From NCBI GenBank assembly GCA_008080735.1, contig SHMW01000096.1:1-14206 (forward strand): a stretch of 14,206 nt of DNA, read 5' to 3'. Shown one piece after another: positions 7,216-14,206 of the stretch. The position numbers and the translations under genes were made by a program. The notes beneath the pieces were generated by a model. That model saw only the letters and a list, made by a program, of their open reading frames with translations. It was not told the origin of the DNA and did not search any database. Within the stretch, counting starts at the first letter, position 1, and each line of letters starts with the position of its first letter. This DNA comes from Promethearchaeota archaeon (lineage in GTDB: Archaea > Asgardarchaeota > Lokiarchaeia > Sigyniarchaeales > SOKP01).

Positions 7216-8394
7216 TTATTCAAAAATAATTTGTGAACCGCAATATCGGCAAGCACCTATTTCTTTGTACATTTTTTCGAGACAAGGTTTATGATAATAA
7301 GAACCGCATTCTTCGCATTTAAAGACATTATAATCTCCCAAAAAAATACTATGGCAATAAGAGCAAGATGCATTTATATTTCTAATCTGATTATCCGGGA
7401 TTAAGAGCATCTTTGTTGTTTGATTGTCTTCCTCTCCCACAATTTCGACTTTCTTTTTCTGATCTATGTCATCTCCTACAATTTTTAATACCGAAGAGGG
7501 TACCCGCAGGAGAAAATAACAGAAAGGGCACCTAAATATATTTTTTTTGTATTCTGTCCTTTTAGACCAGAGAGCCGCACACGTAAGATGCATAGGACGA
7601 TCACATGATGGACAATAGCGACCCTCCGAGAAAAAATCTGAATTGGTGAGTGGAGACTTTACAGAATGACAAATCTGGCATTTCTCTTGTCCTGAGCCTT
7701 CATTGTTCATCATCATCCGTATTTCCATTATGGTAGGGCGTCTTAATGGTAAGGCAACTTCACTTATTAAAGGAGGCATCTCTTTTTTTTTCGCAGGGGA
7801 AAAATAATCTGATGTCTTTTTGAGGTTCTTTTTGGAGGCAAAAGACTTTCCCGCATTAATTACCGCTTTGGGGTTGGTAAAAAAACCATATTCCCCACCC
7901 GTGAGTTTGGAAATCTGCTTTAATGTATTTTCTCTTAAACTTTCTGCTAGCCCCAACTGACATGAATCTATAATAATTCCTAATCCTTTAGCGATATTGA
8001 CAATTTCCTCAAGCTTTTTTGACCTCCTAAAATTAGCATCGCTGATAATTATTATTCTTGGAATTTTTCCGCCAATTTTTCTCATCTCTTCAACAAGAAT
8101 TTGAAGGGCAAATGCTATCGCATCATGTAAATCGCCTCTTCCTGAAATTTGGGTCTTTTGCAGTGAATCAATTAGTTTATTTTCTTGATTTGAAAACCCA
8201 CATAATTTTGTGGTAATATCACCAAAACTCAAGATAGCTATTTGGTCCTTTGGATCAATCATTAATTTACTTTTTGTAAAGTTTTTGACCGATTTCAGAG
8301 CAATAGTTAAGCGATTAGGTTTAAAATCTCGCCGAAGCATAGAACGTGATGAATCTATTAAGACAACCGAATCTTCAATCTTTATCTCTTCCAA
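7216..8394 (-). CDS. vWA domain (Ssl1/p44-Rpn10 type) fused to two C4HC3 RING-like zinc fingers
   Basis: VVLIDSSRSM (MIDAS DxSxS), DFKPNRL, IIIISD and ISKLTGGEY. Finger 1: C239/C242/C261/C264/H269/C272/C289/C292. Finger 2: C344/C347/C360/C363/H368/C371/C382/C385. TTG start with AAGGA upstream. Confidence 0.9.
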   Translation of the reverse strand: MEEIKIEDSVVLIDSSRSMLRRDFKPNRLTIALKSVKNFTKSKLMIDPKDQIAILSFGDITTKLCGFSNQENKLIDSLQKTQISGRGDLHDAIAFALQILVEEMRKIGGKIPRIIIISDANFRRSKKLEEIVNIAKGLGIIIDSCQLGLAESLRENTLKQISKLTGGEYGFFTNPKAVINAGKSFASKKNLKKTSDYFSPAKKKEMPPLISEVALPLRRPTIMEIRMMMNNEGSGQEKCQICHSVKSPLTNSDFFSEGRYCPSCDRPMHLTCAALWSKRTEYKKNIFRCPFCYFLLRVPSSVLKIVGDDIDQKKKVEIVGEEDNQTTKMLLIPDNQIRNINASCSYCHSIFLGDYNVFKCEECGSYYHKPCLEKMYKEIGACRYCGSQIIFE

Positions 8395-8472
8395 TTTCTC
8401 TTTTCCTTTAGGTTAATTAAAATTTAGACCAAAATTTAACATATGTTTTGTTTTTTTAATAACTCTTAAAAT

Positions 8473-9834
8473 TTATTGATTTTGTTGGGGTTTTAGAAAA
8501 TTATAAGCAAATAGAGTATAGGTTTTTATTGCATTTATAAAATCTTCAATTTCGATATATTCATCGACAGAATGTGCTGTAGAAGCACTTCCAGGCCCAA
8601 ATAGTATGGTATCAGAACAAAAACCATTGTTTCGCAAATAATGTGCATCTGCACATGCAGGATATAAGATATAAAATGAATCTCTTTCATAAATTTTACC
8701 CACAATGTCATAAAACTGTTTTAATGTATCAGAATCTTTCCAATTTTCCCAATAAGAGCCCTCAGATTTATGTATAATTTCAAAGGTAAAATACGCATCA
8801 GCTTTTTCTTCCTCTGGTTCTTTGAATTCATATCCTAAATCTTTTATTAAACCTTTGAGAGCATTTAAGATTTGATTAGGATCTTGCTTTGGTAATAACC
8901 GAAAGTCTATAACCATTTCACATCGATCGGGAACCACATTTTCTTTTATCCCTCCTCCGATCATGGTCACACTCTTAGTGAACTTCGTTAATGATTCCAC
9001 AAGATGTTGTAGTAATTCTTGTTGCTGGTAAATATTTTCGAAAATATCCTTGCTTGGAAATGCCTCTGCTATCAAATCTTTTAGTTCTACAAATGATATG
9101 GGAGGTTCTATTTCTGGAATTTTACTATCTATTTGGTCAAGTTTATGCAAAAGTTCGTTGACCATAAGTATCGCATTTTTCCCCATAGACGGCATTGATG
9201 CGTGGCATGAAATTCCATGTGCAATTATTTTCAGTTGGAGATGGCCTCTTTCTCCTAGCACTATTGCTTTAGGTAAAGGACTCAATCCAGTAGGTTCACC
9301 AACTATCGCAAAATCGCACTTAATATCTGCAAGCTTATTCTCCAACACCCATTTTGTTCCCTTTTTTCCTCCCGTCTCCTCATCCGATACGGCCGTTAAA
9401 ATAAGATTACCTTCTATTTCTAAATCTAACTCCTTTAAAATTTGTAAAGAAATAACCATAGCTGTTAACCCCCCTTTCATATCGGCTGCCCCTCTTCCAT
9501 AAATATATTTATTACGCTTATTATAGGCAGATAAAGGAGGATATTTCCAATCTGACTCTGTACCTGCGGGAACTATGTCCATGTGACCATTAAAAAGTAA
9601 ATTCTTCTGTTTAAAATTATCATTCAAAAATGCAATAAGATTTGCTCTATTTTCATCATATTCAAATATTTGTACATCTATATTATGCTCTTTTAAATAC
9701 TGGGAAATAGTATTAGCTAAATTTAATTCATTTCCAGGTGGATTGTAAGAATCAGTCTTGACCATTTCCCGAAAATATTCAATAAATTCGTCTCTTTTTT
9801 TTTCTATATATTGAAGTATTATTTCTTCTGACAT
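8473..9834 (-). CDS. M20 family metallo-hydrolase (ArgE/DapE-like deacylase)
   Basis: DSYNPPGNE, FNGHMD, YGRGAADMKGG, SDEETGG, VGEPT, GISCHAS, ENVVPDRC..IDFR and AHSVDEYI. The substrate cannot be assigned from sequence. Confidence 0.95.
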   Translation of the reverse strand: MSEEIILQYIEKKRDEFIEYFREMVKTDSYNPPGNELNLANTISQYLKEHNIDVQIFEYDENRANLIAFLNDNFKQKNLLFNGHMDIVPAGTESDWKYPPLSAYNKRNKYIYGRGAADMKGGLTAMVISLQILKELDLEIEGNLILTAVSDEETGGKKGTKWVLENKLADIKCDFAIVGEPTGLSPLPKAIVLGERGHLQLKIIAHGISCHASMPSMGKNAILMVNELLHKLDQIDSKIPEIEPPISFVELKDLIAEAFPSKDIFENIYQQQELLQHLVESLTKFTKSVTMIGGGIKENVVPDRCEMVIDFRLLPKQDPNQILNALKGLIKDLGYEFKEPEEEKADAYFTFEIIHKSEGSYWENWKDSDTLKQFYDIVGKIYERDSFYILYPACADAHYLRNNGFCSDTILFGPGSASTAHSVDEYIEIEDFINAIKTYTLFAYNFLKPQQNQ

Positions 9835-9988
9835 ACAAGCCCATAAAGTTATAATTCTTAGACTAATTAATATATAGGATTGAGATAATTTAAAAACTAT
9901 TTTCTACTCTAACTTTTAATAAATTTTTAAAATTTGCAAATTTTACTTATAGTAATTATATATTAAATAGTATTCAACGGGTAATTTC

Positions 9989-12900
9989 TTGTCTCATCAA
10001 AAAAGATTTGTTAAAAAGCGTTTCTTAGCTTTAAGTGTTATTACGCTTATAATTTTCTCTGGTTTTCTATTTGTAGGAAATTTAAATTCGGAGTTTTATA
10101 ATTCTAATACTGATCACGACAATATCGGTCCTATATTACCTTCAAATTGGGATACTGAATTGGATAAAAATATATCAGGTCTAGGAAATAATCAGATTGT
10201 AAGAGTATATCTACAAAATCAATCGTCCTCTCTAGATAATACGGGAGGTAGTTTTGAATTGGAGGCGGTTGATGATACTTATCTTGATTCTGGAGATTTT
10301 TTATTTCAATTTGCGAACAATTTCACTACAAATCACACTATGGTATTTGATTCCACTGACTTGTATAATTTTACTTTTACTAATGAAACAAAACTCGGCT
10401 TAGAATTCGATATTAGAGGAAATAATACGATATTTCATGGATTTTATGCGCATTTGAATACCTCAAACGAAATAGCCGCAACAAACACTGAAATTAATAT
10501 ATCATTATATAGAGCCGATACTTCTACCCAAGACAGGGAGTCTTTAAGTTGTTGGCCTGAAAACTATGTTGATTCAGTTGTTATTACAGATGTAGTTGCT
10601 GACAGTCTTGCATATTACGATTTTCCAGATACCACTCTTGAACCTTTTAATTATTTTATTGTACTTAGCACAAATAATTCTTTAAATGCATATAGCCTTA
10701 TAGCTCATTGGAATGACGAAGGAGAAGGAGAAAATAACGAACATCTGTTAGAAATGGATATTGGACATGGTTGGGAACTAGCCGAAAGATCGATAAGCGG
10801 AGGAGGACAATCAAATGATTTTGATGCCAGTTCCTTTACGCTTAATGTAACTAGAGGATATATGCCAACCGATTTTGAGGTGGATTCAAATAGAACACTA
10901 AGGATTCAAAACATCCCCCTAAATGACACCAAAGAAGAATCATTCATTTACCAAAATATTTATCAATGGGGTGTTGGAAGCTGGGATGCTGAATTTCCCA
11001 ATCCGATATACGACGGAGCAGATGATGATTTTGATGTTACTCTTATGTGGAATCAGAGCGGGACGGGAATAAACGATTTCTTGTTTAATCTGTCGTATTC
11101 TGCCCTGAGCTATCATCAAGGAAATTCAGAGGCAACCTATTTCGCGGATTACAATGGAGATATCAAATGGTCATTAAATTATACCTTGAGCTCAAGCTGG
11201 CTAACTTTGCAGAACTGGAATTTTACTGAGATGTGGTTTTTATATCCTTGGTATCATAATAATCTCAGTTTGATAACTCCCAGTAAGGGATCATCAAATG
11301 TATTAGATATAACAGCCGGAGAAACCCGTTTACAAGAAAATAAGACTTTAGATAAACTAGTAATTCCATATAGTCTTTCCAATTTTAGTGGATTATATGA
11401 ACTTAATTTAACCAGTCCTAATGTGCTAAATCAAATTTACAGTTATATTAATTATAAAGGAAATCTTTTGGAAACCTCTGGATTTATGTTTGAAGATAAT
11501 ATGACCATCCAAGCAGATATCGCAGGCCCAAGTACTTTTGCGCCAACTGGAGGAACGGCGAATGCTAAATTGTTCGATCCAAATGAATTGGAATACGCCA
11601 CAGATACAGAATCGCCAGGTACATTAAGCTTTGATAAAACTCTGCTAACTTATGATTTTAATAATGATACCCTTTTGGAAATTGATGGATCAGTTCCCGA
11701 GGGTACCTATTATCTCGGAATAATATGGAAAAATGGGAGCTTGATTGGGATTGGAAATATTCCAATATATATCAACCATTATGATCTAACTTTTAGGGAA
11801 GTAAATGAACTTGAAGATGAGAATTCCTTTCTATTGACTGATATCTCCAGATTTAATGATAAAAATGATGAATATTATCCATATCAATTGCTTGGTGCTT
11901 CCATTAATGAAACAGATGAATTTCCAGAAAATTTCTATGCAATAAAACACGAACAAATGGCTCAAAAATTCCTTTATAAAAATGAAATCGAATTAGAATT
12001 GAGAAATTTCTTGCAGAATGAATCGATCATTAATCCGGGGGAAGAGATTAAGTTTAAAATTACACTAAAAAATAATCGTAGAGGAATAAGCTTAAATAAT
12101 GTAAAAGTTTCAGTTAAATTGGTATCGCCTATAAATGATAATTGGATTATGGCAACGGATGATTCGATTTTACAGACCTTGGAAGGAGCCGGGAATCCCA
12201 ATGGGAATGATCAAAAGAATTTCACTATTTCACTTCAGATACCAACTATTGAAGGACCTAATGGGTTTTGGCCAGGATATAATTCCCCGATTAGATTAGG
12301 TGGTGCGAAGACAATAGTAACTGTATATATAGATAATGAAGAAATTTATTCCTATAATTCTCAAGATTTAGGGCTTCTTGTAAATCAAACTGAAGATCTG
12401 TTTGAGGGCTATATTTTGTCATTATCAAACACACCCGATGGCACAGATAATGGGGCTTCCATACAAATACCTCGAGATAAATGTATTTACACCCCTGGAA
12501 CAACAACCCTTCTTATAAACATCCAAGATTATAACCACATAAGTAGCTATCAGTTGTATAGCAACACCTACCAGATGAATAAGTCAAGTAAATTTCAATC
12601 TATTACAACCACTCCTGAAACACCTGTTCAAGGTGAAAGTTTTAATTTGACTTCACAGTTAACCACCGAATTCGGAACGATTCTCACAGGAGAAACTGTC
12701 AATTGCGAATCCTATAATGGTACTGATTGGATTCTCATTACTGATTCTCCACAAGTGACGGATAGTGATGGAAAAACTTCATTCCAAGTAGATACGACCT
12801 CGATATCAGTTGAGAATGGAATTGTCCAACTTAGATTATTATGGGATGGAAAAGAAAATATTACCGGGATCATAAAGGAAATCAATGTCACTTTGTTTTC

Positions 12901-13516
12901 ATATAACAATGAACTATCTATTAGTGCTAATTTCCGAAATCCACCCATCTATAGAAATTCTGAAGCAATATTAGACATTACATTGACTAATATCGGCGAT
13001 TCTAATTTAAATATAACAAACATCCTTCTTAACTTTCCAGGAATATCACCATTTTATCAAATCGTTGGAAAGGATTCATATTCCTTACAATTCTTTGAAC
13101 CAGACAAATCTACAGAATTAGTATATAAAATATACTTTCAATCTATCCCAACTAATACGCTAAGCATAAATGTTTCTGTTATTGCAACTAATATTGATAC
13201 AAGTGAAATAATCACCGTTGAAACCACTACATCTGTCAGTGTGCTCGATTTCCCGATTTTTGAAAACTTTATGAATTTTTTCACCCTAATAATGGTGTCA
13301 ATTTTAGCGTTAATAATCGCAATCTCATTGTATTATTCATATATCCTAAAACGAAGAATTGAAACCCCCGTATCGAAACCTACAGCGAAAAAGAAAAGAA
13401 GAGGGGTATATAGAAAAGTCTCTGAAATAAAGGAAGAAACTGAAAAAGAAGAAAAGAAAAAGACTAAAAAGAAGAAAACTGATTTAGATTCATTATTAGA
13501 AGAAGAAGGGATTTAA
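9989..13516 (+). CDS. Large membrane-anchored cell-surface glycoprotein (N-terminal signal/TM, beta-rich Ig-like ectodomain, C-terminal TM, charged tail)
   Basis: Basic N-terminus plus hydrophobic FLALSVITLIIFSGFLFV. More than 30 N-x-S/T sequons by hand count. Ig/CARDB-like segments (INPGEEIKFKITLKN, PVQGESFNLTSQL, LDITLTNIGDSNL). TM FFTLIMVSILALIIAISLYYSYIL at 13277-13348, followed by a 55-aa K/E-rich tail. Confidence 0.88.
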   Translation: MSHQKRFVKKRFLALSVITLIIFSGFLFVGNLNSEFYNSNTDHDNIGPILPSNWDTELDKNISGLGNNQIVRVYLQNQSSSLDNTGGSFELEAVDDTYLDSGDFLFQFANNFTTNHTMVFDSTDLYNFTFTNETKLGLEFDIRGNNTIFHGFYAHLNTSNEIAATNTEINISLYRADTSTQDRESLSCWPENYVDSVVITDVVADSLAYYDFPDTTLEPFNYFIVLSTNNSLNAYSLIAHWNDEGEGENNEHLLEMDIGHGWELAERSISGGGQSNDFDASSFTLNVTRGYMPTDFEVDSNRTLRIQNIPLNDTKEESFIYQNIYQWGVGSWDAEFPNPIYDGADDDFDVTLMWNQSGTGINDFLFNLSYSALSYHQGNSEATYFADYNGDIKWSLNYTLSSSWLTLQNWNFTEMWFLYPWYHNNLSLITPSKGSSNVLDITAGETRLQENKTLDKLVIPYSLSNFSGLYELNLTSPNVLNQIYSYINYKGNLLETSGFMFEDNMTIQADIAGPSTFAPTGGTANAKLFDPNELEYATDTESPGTLSFDKTLLTYDFNNDTLLEIDGSVPEGTYYLGIIWKNGSLIGIGNIPIYINHYDLTFREVNELEDENSFLLTDISRFNDKNDEYYPYQLLGASINETDEFPENFYAIKHEQMAQKFLYKNEIELELRNFLQNESIINPGEEIKFKITLKNNRRGISLNNVKVSVKLVSPINDNWIMATDDSILQTLEGAGNPNGNDQKNFTISLQIPTIEGPNGFWPGYNSPIRLGGAKTIVTVYIDNEEIYSYNSQDLGLLVNQTEDLFEGYILSLSNTPDGTDNGASIQIPRDKCIYTPGTTTLLINIQDYNHISSYQLYSNTYQMNKSSKFQSITTTPETPVQGESFNLTSQLTTEFGTILTGETVNCESYNGTDWILITDSPQVTDSDGKTSFQVDTTSISVENGIVQLRLLWDGKENITGIIKEINVTLFSYNNELSISANFRNPPIYRNSEAILDITLTNIGDSNLNITNILLNFPGISPFYQIVGKDSYSLQFFEPDKSTELVYKIYFQSIPTNTLSINVSVIATNIDTSEIITVETTTSVSVLDFPIFENFMNFFTLIMVSILALIIAISLYYSYILKRRIETPVSKPTAKKKRRGVYRKVSEIKEETEKEEKKKTKKKKTDLDSLLEEEGI

Positions 13517-13578
13517 AGATAAAAATTTAAACCAATTAATTTTTTATCCACTTTTTATAAAAATAGAGAAAAATAAAA
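13517..13578. terminator. Putative bidirectional archaeal T-tract terminator between convergent genes
   Basis: T-runs on the + strand (tttttt, ttttt) and A-runs (T-runs on the - strand) in a 62-nt gap between convergent stop codons. Confidence 0.35.
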
Positions 13579-13929
13579 TTAAAGATTAGAAATCGATATC
13601 AAATTCCTTTTTAGTAGTCCTAATGATGCTCTTCCGTCTACACCAGCAAGAGCAATAAGTAACAGTTTCTCTGAACCCGCTAAAACCGCATATCCGCCTT
13701 CTAACTCGATGGTTGTATTTTTAACTGTACCTTTTCCAATATCATTTCCTAGTGTATTTGAATCACTTAAAATTTTCGCACATGCTTTCGCAATGCTTCC
13801 ATGATCCATCTCGGTTAAAGTTTGACCAACAATGACATTTCCATCTGTATCCGCAGCGATTAAGCCCTCACATTCGGGTACAAGGTCCATGAGTTGGGCT
13901 AATTTCGGCTCAATTGTTTCCTTACTCAT
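13579..13929 (-). CDS. Stand-alone Roadblock/LC7 domain protein
   Basis: 116 aa: VPECEGLIAADTDGNVIVG, helix SIAKACAKIL, DIGKGTVKNTTIELEGGYAVL and ASLGLL. SD AAGAGGA upstream. Confidence 0.9.
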   Translation of the reverse strand: MSKETIEPKLAQLMDLVPECEGLIAADTDGNVIVGQTLTEMDHGSIAKACAKILSDSNTLGNDIGKGTVKNTTIELEGGYAVLAGSEKLLLIALAGVDGRASLGLLKRNLISISNL

Positions 13930-14057
13930 ATTTCTTAGAATCCTCTTTTTACCAATTTAATTTCATAAGATAAATAGTGAAACTACTTTAAATATATATA
14001 TTTTTAGCAAAATAAATTTTTTTAAATTTTCGAACATAAAATTTAAAAAAAAAATTT

Positions 14058-14135
14058 GGGAAGCTTGTCGTTCCACCGACTCTGATCTGAAATATACGAT
14101 GATTATCAACGGAAAGACAAGCACTGTCGCCGAGA
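14058..14135 (+). ncRNA. Candidate structured ncRNA: hairpin with internal loop capped by a K-loop (H/ACA-guide-like)
   Basis: GC-richer island in AT-rich intergenic DNA. Lower stem GCTTGTC-G-TTCC (14063-14074) / GGAA-A-GACAAGC (14111-14122), 8x5-nt internal loop, upper stem TGATC/GATTA, and a CTGA-aatatac-GATGA K-loop motif. Boundaries are approximate. Confidence 0.5.
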
Positions 14136-14206
14136 GAAAGAAAATCTTGATTTGATAATTTGTTCTATTACTCCATGAATTAATAAAACTCTATGTATTT
14201 TGGCGT

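Noticed and set aside
6961-9502. Plus-strand ORFs 6961-7143, 8210-8416 and 9050-9502
   Set aside because: Antisense shadows of the Roadblock, vWA and M20 genes.
8473-9834. Specific argE or dapE assignment
   Set aside because: M20 motifs do not discriminate substrate, and no arginine or lysine pathway genes are adjacent.
11974-12948. Three short minus-strand ORFs
   Set aside because: Antisense to the 1175-aa surface protein, with no independent evidence.
14081-14105. TPP riboswitch, hammerhead or SECIS interpretation of CTGATCTGAAATATACGATGA
   Set aside because: It lacks the TPP CUGAGA and P5 pairing and the hammerhead CUGANGA core. The apical helix is too short for a SECIS, and no same-strand selenoprotein gene lies upstream.
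14106-14206. Possible 3' end of a minus-strand CDS entering from the right edge (..TPKYIEFY* or ..AKIHRVLLIHG...SFR*)
   Set aside because: Too little sequence to choose a frame or show that it is coding.
1-14206. CRISPR arrays, tRNA/rRNA genes, transposases
   Set aside because: No regularly spaced repeats, cloverleaf or rRNA-like GC-rich tracts, or transposase motifs were seen; the intergenic gaps are short and AT-rich.

Overview
AT-rich archaeal window. It is most likely from an Asgard archaeon (Lokiarchaeia-like); this is inferred from two Roadblock/LC7 genes, a vWA-RING protein, an archaeal-type MetRS and a large sequon-rich surface protein. Gene order: a P-loop ATPase cut by the left edge and missing from the ORF track (-), a hypothetical protein (-), an AlaX-L tRNA editing protein (+), a highly diverged RtcB-fold RNA ligase homolog (+), metG (-), a Roadblock fusion (-), a vWA protein with two C4HC3 RING-like fingers resembling TFIIH p44/Ssl1 and Rpn10 (-), an M20 ArgE/DapE hydrolase (-), a 1175-aa membrane-anchored surface glycoprotein (+), a stand-alone Roadblock (-), and a candidate K-loop hairpin ncRNA near the right edge. 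No CRISPR array, tRNA, rRNA or mobile element was seen. The most notable items are the p44/Ssl1-like vWA-double-RING protein, the atypical RtcB between two tRNA enzymes, and the H/ACA-like hairpin. All family assignments come from reading motifs by eye and from recalled reference sequences, not from database searches.
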